Of a stretch of DNA of 49,658 nucleotides, positions 1-11,999 are shown piece after piece. The stretch is from the NCBI RefSeq assembly GCF_001194135.2, contig NC_068989.1:74298758-74348415 (forward strand). The letters run 5' to 3'. This stretch comes from Octopus bimaculoides (taxonomy: Eukaryota). A program made the position numbers and the translations under genes. Each line of letters starts with the position of its first letter. Position 1 is the first letter of the stretch. Below the pieces are notes generated by a model. That model had not been told where the DNA came from, did no database searches, and saw only the letters and a list, made by a program, of their open reading frames with translations.

Positions 1-31
<31 letters not shown>

Positions 32-46
32 CCTGTGTGTGTATGT
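1..46. repeat. (GT)n microsatellite
   Basis: Direct dinucleotide run at the window start. Confidence 0.95.
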
Positions 47-799
47 GCTGATGTCTATATGTCCCAGCCTAAATCGGCTATGTTTGATCTACCCGTCGTT
101 TGCCATAAAATTATATGACGGATATTTATTTATTGCACTGTATGACATTATACTATATTCAGGTTTTTAAAGGTTTATTTGCTCTAATATGCAAGAGCGG
201 TATACAAACACGCACATTCAAAGACACACCATCACACACACATCAACCATTCACACAGATGCTCACGCATTTGAAAAACACATATCCATATTTGTGAGCG
301 TGTACATCCATATATGAAACTATTATTTTTCGGCCTATCTATTTACCTCACTATATATATTTATGTTTGTATGCCTCTGTGTGCGTATCCTTCTTGTGTA
401 TGCATGTGTCTATAAGTTTGCAGAGAATGCCTCCAGGAAAACTAATTTGTAGGTTATCCTAAACACTCTTAAAGATCTCTCTCTGCAGTGCGTCTTTGTC
501 CGAAACAGCATACCACGCAGCTGCCCGCGGCATAGTAACTTATTCAAATTTGCTAACATTTAAGAGCCGCCACATGCAATACATCTTCTCCAACAAAAGC
601 AATAATTAGGCTTAGCATCGCTACATCTCGATAAATCTGCATTTGAAAGAGAAAGCTAGCAATATGTTAAGGTGTTAGCTAATAATTGAAGCTGTCAGTC
701 GCTAGATTATTCTTAAAGTAAGCTGTATTCTATGGCCGACAAGAAAATATAACATTATCGTACACATTTCTGATGATCTTAACAAGAAAAAAATATTCA

Positions 800-870
800 G
801 GTGGTGGTGGTGGTCATGGTGAAGGTGGTGGTCGTCGTAGTGGTGATGGTGGTGGTGATTGTGGTGATGG
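800..870. repeat. Degenerate (GGT)n trinucleotide repeat
   Basis: GGT/GAT/GTC triplets; explains the poly-Thr tail of ORF 797-1117. Confidence 0.9.
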
Positions 871-929
871 GTCTTTCGGTTCGTAAGATTTTTTTTTCTG
901 TTGTTATTTTCATGGTTACATTAACAGGA

Positions 930-1117
930 CTGCAGCAATTAACTGAACTATATTGGAAAGATTTTAATTGATTATTCTGATTCCTGTACGTTGATTGGTT
1001 CGTCTTTCCTTTTCCTCCAAAGGAACGGATATTCAGAACGGGATTTTGCGTAAGGAGAGATAAATTTGCCGGATATAAACACAGCAGAACTTCCCAGTTC
1101 AACTGTACCGTTTTCAA
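930..1117 (-). mobile_element. Possible decayed mariner transposase C-terminal fragment
   Basis: Minus strand reads QLNWEVL, resembling the mariner LxWEVLxHPPYSPDL motif; the match downstream is poor. Confidence 0.3.
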
Positions 1118-1259
1118 GCTAGACTGATTCTAGCATGGAAACCACACGCACACGCAAACACACGTGCGATATATGCTTCTCTATATAAATATATACGCAC
1201 AAACGTGAATATAAATGCATGTGTGTGCGAGTGTACTTTTACATGTGTATATTTATGAG

Positions 1260-1450
1260 AGTTGCTGGATCGTTCCTGGTTTGAAGGATATTGCAAAAGG
1301 CCTGGCAGCAGGCCTAACATTTAGAGTTCTTTTACAGGACATAGAAAAACAGAATGACCGTTACAATAAATGCGTGAATCTGAGAGAGGAATGTGTTGCA
1401 TGAAATCATAATCTGATCCTCTTGGATTTTCTTTTACTCAAAGCCAGAAA
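1260..1450 (+). mobile_element. Mariner transposase 3' remnant
   Basis: Reads LLQDIEKQNDRYNKCVNLREECVA*, resembling the mariner C-terminus GIxKLxxRYxKCxxxxGxYVE. Confidence 0.5.
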
Positions 1451-1491
1451 CATATATGTACGCGTTTCCACAAAGCACGTAAAAAATTTAC

Positions 1492-1492
<1 letters not shown>

Positions 1493-1545
<53 letters not shown>

Positions 1546-1578
1546 ATGTATGTATGTATGTATGTATGTATGTATGTA
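1493..1578. repeat. Compound (TA)n/(TG)n/(TATG)n microsatellite
   Basis: Direct reading. Confidence 0.95.
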
Positions 1579-2302
1579 GGAGAGTATTATAGTTCACTTG
1601 TAGCATTGTGTATTGTTTTTAAAATATAATGTGTCTTGAGTGGCACAACAATGCACAATAATAACAATGGATAAACTATTATAATTTAATCATTCATAGT
1701 CTGATATAATATTTCAGAATACAAAAATTCCTCCTTCAGATATCTCTAGAAATTGATCGACTCACTGCTTAATACAACGGTTTTTTTTTTCGGAAGCATC
1801 TCTGCAGTGGTCTTACGAACCTCCTTCCGAAATTCCTCATAAGAAATGCGAAAGCGGTCATGTCTCAAAGTTCGTGTGCTGGCACATCCGTAGCACCGCT
1901 TCTAAGTTATGTATTATACGTGCAGTTACCTTTTTACCTTTCTTTTTTTATATAGATAATACATGAGCATGTTATCAAAAATGAACTTACACGCATCCAG
2001 ATGTACCTAGACAATATATTGACTGCCAACCTCCAGCCTAATGTTAATTTGGGGCCCTTGTCTGTCTATAAGGATACCTTCCTTCATTTTTAGATTATCC
2101 AAATTTTTTTCATTGGCCTCAGTAGTGACTGGTATGTTTTTGTCGGTGTTCCGGCGTCTCTCTCGATGTTTTCTGAAGGAAATTGGACTATATTTGAAAC
2201 ACACATTATCCTAGGGATATCTGAAGAAGGATTTTTTTATATATTATATTTCATTGTTGTTATTATAGTGCATTGCTGTGCCATCCAAGGCACATTACAT
2301 TT

Positions 2303-2304
<2 letters not shown>

Positions 2305-2336
<32 letters not shown>

Positions 2337-2490
2337 NNNNNNNNNNNNNNNNNNNNNNNNNNNNNNNNNNNNNNNNNNNNNNNNNNNNNNNNNNNNNNNN
2401 NNNNNNNNNNNNNNNNNNNNNNNNNNNNNNTATGTATGTATGTATGTATGTATGTATGTATGTATGTATGTACGTATGTACGTATGTATA
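2305..2490. repeat. (TA)n and (TATG)n microsatellites flanking N-gap 2337-2430
   Basis: Direct reading. Confidence 0.95.
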
Positions 2491-2956
2491 CACACACGCA
2501 CACACTCGTATACATATATGTAGAAATATATTTATATATGTAGGATATGAACACATGATATATATATATACACAAACACCCGCACGCACACACACAAATG
2601 CACAGACATGTATATATGCATATAGAATCATCTATACAACTTCGCTCAGAAGCCACTCGATTTATTTGCTGCGCAGAGGAATCAGACACCGAACCGCGTA
2701 GTTGTCAAGGGAACGACACAGTGATGCACGTGTCCATAATATATCTCTCAAAAATACTCGAATTGCAATCTGGGTTGACGCCGCTTTTGCAGATAAGGGG
2801 ATTAGTGGAAAGAGCTTACTTATAGACACGGTAACACAACCAGCAAATCTATCAGCGGACAGTAGATCCTTTCAGGACGTGATCTACATAATCATGAAAG
2901 GGAAAAGGTGATACATTTAACTTAAAGAAACGTTAGGTTAGAATATATATATATGC

Positions 2957-3470
2957 ATATTAATAGTTATCGCCAAGCCAACATGGCAGTCAAAACATAG
3001 GACGAATGCTGCCGTTGATTAGCTCCAAGAGGCCATCGCCTGTGTCCTTTATAACCTTCGAATAGGAGAGCCATGTTGGCTTGGCGATAACTATTAATAT
3101 CCAGTACCGCTGCCCTAGTCTCCTTGAGAGAGACTTAGAAATATTAATATCTCTATTTCTGAAAACCAGTGGATGTATTCCACTGAAATTAGGTAAATAA
3201 TCCTTCGTACAGACGGTCAGTAGCGACGCCTGCTAGGTTCGGCTGCTCTACATTGATAAGGGGCAATACCCCGAAACTAGTCTGTAGATGCCAGACTGGC
3301 AAGGGGAAGGAGCTGACCTCCCCTGTTCGAAGGTTATAAAAGACAGAGGTTCGTGTGTCACATAGCTAGCTAGAGACAATGGCCTCTTGGAGCTAATCAA
3401 CGGCAGCGTTCGGCCTATTTTTTGGACTGCCATGTTGGCTTGGCGATAACTATTAATATCCAGTACCGCT
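2957..3470 (+). mobile_element. Penelope pseudo-LTR or retrozyme-like insertion with direct and inverted repeats
   Basis: Identical 42-bp direct repeats at 3070-3111 and 3429-3470. Region 2957-3066 is an inverted copy of 3322-3459 lacking about 30 bp. A hammerhead motif lies between the direct repeats. Confidence 0.65.
3247..3288 (+). ncRNA. Minimal type I hammerhead ribozyme motif (U3:A8 core variant)
   Basis: TCTACA-TTGATAA-GGGG-CAATA-CCCC-GAAAC-TA-GTC-TGTAGA: 6-bp stem I, 4-bp stem II, palindromic ACTAGT stem III and a GUC cleavage triplet. Confidence 0.75.
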
Positions 3471-5514
3471 CTACCAGAATTTTAAAACCTTGAACTATAT
3501 TGTCTCATATTGCTTCTTTATAAATAAAGTACAGTCTAATATACATCAGTTTTGGATATTTTATTAGACTGAGAAAAATTCTTCATTGTTGTTTCACGTT
3601 TATGACATTTATATACTGCATGTTTATATATGTAGGTATCTATACTGAGATCCGTGGATATCTATTTCCACTCCAGCCTGCAGTAAGATTACGTATTTCA
3701 GTAAGATATAGTTTTACAAGGCAAGACTTGTTTTCTAGCATTATTATATATTAACTAATATGTTCATAGTTGATTGAAAAAACAAACATATCTAATAATG
3801 CTTATCCATAACACGCTGCAGGTGAGAATTGCATTAAAATCACCAACACAATCAAATTTGGATTGTCAAGCAGTCTGATCTTGTCTACTTAGGTGACACC
3901 CAACAGAAGTACATTCACTTAAAAACAAATCATGAACGAATACCTCCGAATTATTGTAGAAACAATGAACATAATTATGTCTGCAAAGATTGAATACATG
4001 GTCAATATAAACTATGAAATTAAAGTTACGTTTTCAAAATGTAACAACATTTGATCCGCTTGCAGTGAATTTAACGTGGCAATGAATAATCTAATATCTG
4101 GATAATCTGCTTTAGTAAAAGTGAACCATTGCCAAAAGCATGAACCAATAGTGGACGGATATATCTATTTGGCAGAAACTCAAAATAATTTCAAATGAGT
4201 GTAACGTATGAAAGCTTTAATTTGGCAATACTGAAAATGATATTACTGGGTTTTTTTCTAGACGCTACTGAATAAAATGAAGCAAACACCTTAATATAGT
4301 TAACCAAAGAAAGACGAAAATCTTTGTGCTTTTGTGAACCCTATTATTCACTCCATCCGAAATAGTAAATTGAATTTGAAACATAATAAAATCACGAGAA
4401 CCTTATTAACGAAATGAATATACTGTGGGAAACCAACATAGAACGGTTATTAATTAGTGTATTAGATACTGTAAAGAAAATCAATATAAAGCAACCCAAA
4501 TCGGGTTACATATCAAAAACGAAACCGAATCAATATCCAGAATGAAAATTTATACCCAATTGTTAACAGCGTTTGTATGCCTAGGTGGTTGTGTTTTATC
4601 TTAAAGATAATCAAGAATGCGACTATATACAACTATGAAAACATGTATGAAGTGTTATTTAAGTGTACCCTAATATACATATATACGTATATATATATAC
4701 AAATCCCAACTCACAAACATATACATAGGTAGTCAGATAGATATAGCTATAATTACATATATATATACATACATATAAATATATATAATATATAATAACC
4801 TTACATACCACAATTCCATTATATGTATATATATATATAATGGAATTGTGGTATGCAGGGTTTTTTTTAATGTCTTCCACAATTATTTTAAAATCCTCGA
4901 TATAATTTTTCCGCTATTCCATCGTCATTAGTTGAAGCGTAAGTTTGTCTGACTAAAATGTTATATCGCTTTTGTTAGATGGTATTTTGCTCACTTTCTC
5001 ATGGTCCACTTAGTGGAACTGAAGCCCCAAACTACGTGGTTATGATGGAAACTTCCTATAACCACACTGCAGCAGAATCAAGTCTTTTTGTACATTATTA
5101 CAACAAACTTTTTTCCATCGTATATTATTTTTATCCATAAATTTATCGCGCGAATAAATTACATTTCTTGAAAAGAAATGATATAACACAAAATATGTTA
5201 AAGACGAGAAAACGCAAACGTACATAACTGCACACACCAATAAACATACACACATATGTAAATATATAGACCTAGTCATCCATTTTATCACTAGGTGTGG
5301 AAAAGGAGAAAATGCCAAATGCCAGTGACCGATGAATATAAGCAGCCATTCACATCTGTCGTGGGATATAAATCCTACCGGCAGGCGAAGGATTAAATAC
5401 GTGTTAGCACATATCTTTCAATGCAGTAAATACGTGGAACGGTGCTCGAGAAAATAGTAATATATGTATACAGAGTAATATATGCATATTTATTCATAAA
5501 TATACTTAGATACA

Positions 5515-5534
5515 CATGAACACACACACACACA

Positions 5535-5568
<34 letters not shown>

Positions 5569-6012
5569 NNNNNNNNNNNNNNNNNNNNNNNNNNNNNNNN
5601 NNNNNNNNNNNNNNNNNNNNNNNNNNNNNNNNNNNNNNNNNNNNNNNNNNNNNNNNNNNNNNNNNNNNNNNNNNNNNNNNNNNNNNNNNNNNNNNNNNNN
5701 NNNNNNNNNNNNNNNNNNNNNNNNNNNNNNNNNNNNNNNNNNNNNNNNNNNNNNNNNNNNNNNNNNNNNNNNNNNNNNNNNNNNNNNNNNNNNNNNNNNN
5801 NNNNNNNNNNNNNNNNNNNNNNNNNNNNNNNNNNNNNNNNNNNNNNNNNNNNNNNNNNNNNNNNNNNNNNNNNNNNNNNNNNNNNNNNNNNNNNNNNNNN
5901 NNNNNNNNNNNNNNNNNNNNNNNNNNNNNNNNNNNNNNNNNNNNNNNNNNNNNNNNNNNNNNNNNNNNNNNNNNNNNNNNNNNNNNNNNNNNNNNNNNNN
6001 NNNNNNNNNNNN
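5515..6012. repeat. (CA)n microsatellite running into N-gap 5569-6012
   Basis: Direct reading. Confidence 0.95.
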
Positions 6013-6024
6013 GATATATCTATA

Positions 6025-6644
6025 CAGGTTGATTCTAAAATCACCATACATAGGAACAGTTTATCTTTTTTATAAGAAACAGTTTATAAGAATAGTTTTT
6101 GGATCTTTTTTAAAACGGGGGCCACATTTTTCATTAACGAAACACTTTGAAACTTGGAACACTGGTAGAATGTGTCATATAAAACATCTTTTTACATGAA
6201 ATAAATTCGAATACAAAAATATTTTTCTGTTCTATAACACAAAATAGATAAGTATACGAAGTTTGAAAGTCTTTCGGTACCAAAAACACTACGTAAAACA
6301 TTAATGAAAAATGTGGCCCCCGTTTTAAAAAAGATCCTAGATTTTTTTTTATTTAACAGGCTCTATATGGTTATCATTCTTTTGAATACACATTGCAATA
6401 TGTTTAGCCCCACTCATTATGAACTCGTAATAGCACATCTGGTGATATATGTGCAAATGAGTTGGTGATGCATTCTTTCAAATGATTTATGTCTTTTATC
6501 TTTCCGCGATACACCATGCCATTTAAATGCCCCCAAAGATAGAAATCAAGAGGGGTCAGATCAGGGGATGTAGGGAATCTTATTTACTGTCTCTTATAAA
6601 GAAAATAATTTTTTCCTATGTATGGAGACATTTGAATCATCCTG
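6025..6644 (-). mobile_element. Internally deleted Tc1/mariner element with about 60-bp imperfect TIRs and TA target-site duplication
   Basis: TA|CAGGTTGATTCTAAAATCACCATACATAGGAA at the left end pairs with TTCCTATGTATGGAGACATTTGAATCATCCTG|TA at the right. Minus strand 6577-6404 reads FPTSPDLTPLDFYLWGHLNGMVYRGKIKDINHLKECITNSFAHISPDVLLRVHNEWG*, the Tc1/mariner SPDLTPLDFxLWG motif. Confidence 0.85.
6101..6337. repeat. Perfect 37-bp inverted repeat pair inside the Tc1/mariner element
   Basis: 6101-6137 GGATCTTTTTTAAAACGGGGGCCACATTTTTCATTAA is the exact reverse complement of 6301-6337. Confidence 0.9.
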
Positions 6645-7164
6645 TATACGTTTGTGGACACGTGAGGCCTGGCTAGCTTCTATATGCTCCTGGTACCCTG
6701 CCTCCCAGTAAATCTCTTAGAGTATGAAAGAAGTTCACAGAAAAACATGAAAAAAAAAGGTCATATCTGTAAAACACCCAGGCCCTTTAACGTTATCTGT
6801 TTAATGATATATGCCATTTTAGATCGCTTTCTTCTCAGGACGAAGATACACATGCAAAAAAAAGTAAATTATGTGAAACTTTCTTTATAGCTGGACTTTA
6901 AGAATCCAAGGAGCCTTTGTCAATCGAGAAATGTAGAGCAATAACTTGACATAGATATATTCTTGACGTACTATCGAAAGGAGGTGGGCAAAATGTGGAG
7001 AAGTAGCAGACATATAACATGGTTTCATCGGGTGATTTATGCATAATTGTGTTGCATAAATATTTCTCAAATAAATAACATATTGCTTAACGATTTCCAC
7101 CTGAGTGTTTACAATAAGACGTGACTTTAATCTATATATCATTTTAGTCAACAAATTTACTCGT

Positions 7165-7580
7165 CAACTACCGGTGCTGAAAAGGTGGAGAAATTATACA
7201 AAGATATAATATTTTTTTGACGGAAACAAAAACAAAAATAAAAAAGACCTGGGAATGAAAATATTAAAACAGTTACTTATGATACTTAGAAAAGTTGGTA
7301 AATGTTATTTGGAAGAAAAGAAAAAAGAAAACTAACCACGTGGGAAGAGGTTATTGAAATTTGCTAAGCTACATAAACTAGTTATAGGAAATGCGTCAGC
7401 AGAACTCGTCAAAACAATAACATTACATCACCTAGAGTGATATATAATAAGCAAATCAATTTCATTTTCATCCCCAGCAGATATCAATCAATTATAAACG
7501 GAACTAAATCTCGAGGTTTCGGAGATATAATGGTCACGAAGTTTACATGCTGACAAATTAAGTCACGTAAAATCAAAATG
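7165..7580 (+). mobile_element. RTE-like LINE apurinic-type endonuclease remnant
   Basis: Broken frames read VGKCYLEEKKKEN*PRGKRLLKFAKLHKLVIGN and QINFIFIPSRYQSII, matching RTE endonuclease motifs VGxxGxGxRNxRGxRLLxF and QIDFIL. Confidence 0.6.
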
Positions 7581-7674
7581 TGAGAATAGAATAGTCTCGA
7601 AAAATTGAAAGTCCTCAATAAAGCAATATGATTTTTAGCACATTTATTATTTTAAGTTATCTCATGTTGCTTTT

Positions 7675-7760
7675 GCGGATGTGCATGGCTTAGTGGTTAA
7701 ATTGATGCACTCAGGCCTAGAAGAGTGTGGCATCGATTCCTGATCAAGTGTTTGATCGTG
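7675..7760 (+). mobile_element. Degenerate tRNA-derived SINE head
   Basis: A-box-like TGGCTTAGTGG followed by a decayed B-box (GGCATCGATTCC). Confidence 0.4.
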
Positions 7761-8299
7761 GCCTATGATCGTGGTAAATGATCGTGGTAAATACGAGAGT
7801 CTTCTGTAGGATTGCAAGGAGGAGGGATGACATTCATCGCTTTTCACAGTCGATGTTGACGTAGGGAATTCCCTCCCTTGTCACTATGGAATATCCTTAC
7901 GGCCATTGGAATGAGCGAAAAAGAGCAGTGACTGTGCGCAGATGGGAGAAGGAGCAGTAAGCGTCTCCCGCTGGTTATGGAGCGAGAGAGAGAGGGAGAG
8001 AGAGAGGCGTGTGAGCCGGAATAAGAAGAAAAAGACGAGCAGTGATTTGGCCACCTCTGCTGATCCACAAACGAGAGAGTGTTCCAGTTCAATGATCACA
8101 GGAAACCGTCTGATAACATCGGTTGCTCTAGGCTAAATCTCCATTCGCTTTGGTAAGTGGAAAAGAAGCACCTTTCTCGAGGTTTTATCAATAACATATC
8201 TACACTTCCATTCTTCCATACATGCATACGCACACATACACATACACACATATATGTGTATGTGTGTGCGTGTGTGTATTTATTAATATAAATGTGTCT

Positions 8300-8418
8300 C
8301 TACGTGTACACACACACACACACACAGACACATACACATACACACACACACACACATACATATATACATATGTATCGATATAAATGTGTGTCTGTGTACG
8401 TGTAGATATATATTATGT

Positions 8419-8498
<80 letters not shown>
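8300..8498. repeat. (CA)n and long (TA)n microsatellites
   Basis: Direct reading. Confidence 0.95.
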
Positions 8499-8502
<4 letters not shown>

Positions 8503-9387
8503 TTTAAGATGCCACCTTGCCTTGTTAAATTTGTTTCTTGGAGATAGATATTGTTTTCGATTACTCGTTGCATGTATAGCACATACTTAAACTGGCTTAT
8601 ATTCATTTTGCTAATAATATCATTACTTGTTATATGATGTTATGAATATGTCGCATTGATTTTACTGAATTCAATATCTATCACGTCACTGGGATTTGCA
8701 GTTAATTAAAATTTTGAAGTAACTAGAGGGCAATCTACAAATTTACTTCCTCTTAATTACTGTTTCTCAAGATTTCAATGAGTTAGTCTGCTTTCTGTTA
8801 GTTAGTACGCTGCTAGGTATATCCTCACTAATCCATTGAGGACGATCATTGTAAAAATTAATAAGACTTTTCCCAGCATGTACTTCATAGTTCAAGGCTC
8901 GAGAGGAGAGGTCACTTTACAGTCCTGTTTCAGTAATTTCTATTCAAACAAATGAAGTTGAAACAACAAATGTAGGTGTTCGACCTATCAGAAATAGCAT
9001 CCAAATCCCACTTATTGATATTTCACCGTCTTGGAAACAGAAGGTTGCATTGAATTATATATCCATCAAACAATATGAATTGATCGCTGTTGGAGAAATT
9101 AATGTCTGCTCAATCAGAGTCCCGTGGTATGGATCAGCAACGATCACCAATCCTTTATGTTTCACGTCAAACTGTAAACAATATCAACACATAGTATATT
9201 ACAGTAAATATTTTAATCGTTAGAACGGAACAGAATAATAAGATTCTTTTAATTATGGCTTTATATGCTCTGAGTTCAAATGATGCCAATTTCGACTATG
9301 GCTTTCAGGTTTCCAGTGTTAATAAAACAAGAACAAGGCATGTACATATAACCTTTTAGTTGATTACATCTTCCATCCGTCTTTACA

Positions 9388-9590
9388 GGTTTAAATTCTG
9401 CCGAGGTCGACTTTGCCTTTCATCCTTTTGAGTAGATAAACTAAATATCAGTGCACTGGGGCCGACGTAATGAACATAGCCCTTACCAAACTTGAATCAA
9501 ATAAGTATGGATCTTTATTCGATCGACTAATGCCTCGGAGACGGTGTCCTATCATGGCTGCAGTCTAACAACTGAAGCAAATAGAAGAAC
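9388..9590 (+). mobile_element. SINE fragment (GAGGTCGACTTTGCCTTTCATCC family) plus a SINE 3' tail
   Basis: Matches the core repeated at 23597, 28701-29236 and 47057; the tail at 9540-9590 matches the tail of the 26173 SINE. Confidence 0.7.
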
Positions 9591-9644
9591 ACGAGGATTT
9601 AAGACGAGGAAATGTTTATATATATGAATGTATGTATGTATGCA

Positions 9645-9649
9645 TAGAT

Positions 9650-9726
<77 letters not shown>

Positions 9727-9814
9727 ATTTGATAGATAGATAGATAGATAGATAAATTTGATAGATAGATAGATCGTTAGATAGGTAGAAGATTTGATAG
9801 ATAGATAGATAGAT
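9645..9814. repeat. (GATA)n microsatellite
   Basis: Direct reading. Confidence 0.95.
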
Positions 9815-10572
9815 ATGTACGTACGTTACGTATGTAACTATATATGTATGTATTTAAGAGAAACAGAGAGAGTAAAAGAGAGAAAATAATTAGCTAAAGA
9901 AAACGGAAGAGGGTGATATAAATCAGGAAAAGAGAAAATTATAATTTTTCAAAAGAAAAGAGCAATGAAAGAGAAAAAAAATTTTAATAATATTTTTTGT
10001 AAAAATAATTAAATAATAATCGGAAAAGGAAATTTTATGTTTCGCGTGGCATTGATTAATGTAGACAGTTTAAAATGTCACGTGACCATCATTTATTTCA
10101 TTTAATTATATTCATTCTGTGACAGTCATTTTCACTAAAACCTCGTTGATTGGTTTCTTTTGTGTGAAATATAGCAGAGAAACATGACCCTTATACACTC
10201 TGCGATATCATACGAAACTAGTGACCATCACAAAGCCCAAACAAAAACGGAAAAAATGCCGATGATGTGATCAGTGATAGATTTAATGATCAACGATGTA
10301 GGTCTTAACAATCTGAAGATTTTTATCAGCCAATATTAAAACTTATGTTAGTTTGAGTGGAAGTCTGAGGATGTAGATTGTAACTTCCTGCATTCCAAAA
10401 GACAAAAAGTAACTGTCCTTTTTTATATTTTACTTGTTTCAGTCATAGGACTCCGGCTAAGCCTGGGCATTACGATCAACAGTTCATTTTATGAAGCCCA
10501 CCTCATTGCCCTGGGGGAAGAATTTTCAATGCACAATATCGCGGATATTGATTGAGATGTGGCTCTGTCATG

Positions 10573-10901
10573 CTTTTTGAAGCACCTGTGCCACTCGAAA
10601 CATTGCGTACCATCCATTGCCTCATCGCCGTAAGCTTGCTGGAGCATGCTCAATGTCTCTGGAGCAGACTTCTCAAGTTTAACGCAAGATTTCACGTAGG
10701 TTCTTTGCTCGAACTTTCTGTCCATGACAAAAATCGCAGACCACAGCATACATGTCATCACAAAACACGAATTTCATAACTTATGAAGTAAACAGAACAA
10801 TGTCACTCGGTACACTGCCCCATCAAGGTCACTGCAGGCTCTCATAGCCACCTGTTGGCGCACTACAGAACGAGTTCGAGAATCTTTTATACCACATCGT
10901 A
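10573..10901 (-). mobile_element. Mariner 5' end: TIR plus transposase N-terminal HTH fragment
   Basis: ORF reads MDRKFEQRTYVKSCVKLEKSAPETLSMLQQAYGDEAMDGTQCFEWHRCFK, a Mos1-type HTH. The end reads TA|CGATGTGGTATAAAAGATTC on the minus strand, a mariner-like terminus. Confidence 0.85.
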
Positions 10902-11287
10902 AGAGCAACACTGCAAATGTTGCTAATATCACGTCTTCCTACGGAAGTATTTGACTATGCAGATTGTTATGCTATCTGTAGGGTTAGGGTTAGTTCCGCA
11001 TATACAGAAATTTAATCCGCCATATACTTCTCGGTAGGGAAAGTAGAAATAGGTATTATCAACAATACACCTGCCCGTTAATGGTTACGCTCTTATATTA
11101 GGTGAATTTAGAAAGCGTTCGACTAGGATCTGAATCCACTTATAGTTTTTTTGTTTTTTTTACGTTCATCTTAATAATCTTTTTTATCATCTTTTATTAT
11201 ACGCGTGAAATATGTTGTAACTTGAAACATTTATGTGCCAAAATGCAAATATGATAACAGAAAACAGCATCTAGATTGTAAAGCACG

Positions 11288-11288
<1 letters not shown>

Positions 11289-11362
<74 letters not shown>

Positions 11363-11420
11363 TGAGTGTAGAAAGAAAGAAACGAAGGAAGAAAGAAAGA
11401 AAATAGAAAGAAAGAAAGGG
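11289..11420. repeat. (TG)n followed by (AAAG)n-rich tract
   Basis: Direct reading. Confidence 0.95.
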
Positions 11421-11999
11421 GATGAAACAAACAGAGATAAAGAGAAAGATAGATCGGGGGAGGAGGAGAAAGATTGAAACTATTCGTAGTACCTGCCAAT
11501 GAAACTCTTATCGTAAATTATAATGTTTTATAAATCGCTCTCACCTTCAATTTTCCAAATTGTATGTTTGATTTTGGTTTCGGGTATATTGATAAGGTAA
11601 TTGCATTAATAACAATTTTTCACGTTTGCATAAGGCCACATGGTGTAAAGTGAGGTTGTAACCGATTGAGCTATTCCCAGTGTATGGTCGATAATTTTAT
11701 TGAACTCTGAGAAATTGAAGACGTAGCCAAATCTACTGGAATCTGGACTCAGTACATCAAGATATGTCATTAAATAGAGAATGGTATTAATCCGTAGACC
11801 CCACTGGTTCTAGAAATATACAACTTATTTTGAATTTAGAACATAAGAGCATATAGCTAAATATAAGTTTCGCGAAAACTTGATACTGTGTTCGATGTTC
11901 TCTTAGCATTTTTTAATAGTATCTGCCATAACTTCTCATGATCTAATACTTTCAAACTTAACACTCTTTGTACAAACGGCTCCATGCACACAAACTCAT

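Noticed and set aside
2007-2204. Minus ORF faintly like a mariner N-terminal linker (PVTTEANEKN..GSQYIV)
   Set aside because: Similarity too weak and no TIR found.
7753-7791. Three 13-bp tandem units TGATCGTGG(CCTA/TAAA)
   Set aside because: Short local slippage next to a decayed SINE head; there are no spacers, so it is not CRISPR-like.
10978-10993. TAGGGTTAGGGTTAG telomere-like motif
   Set aside because: Only about two units, too short to call an interstitial telomere.
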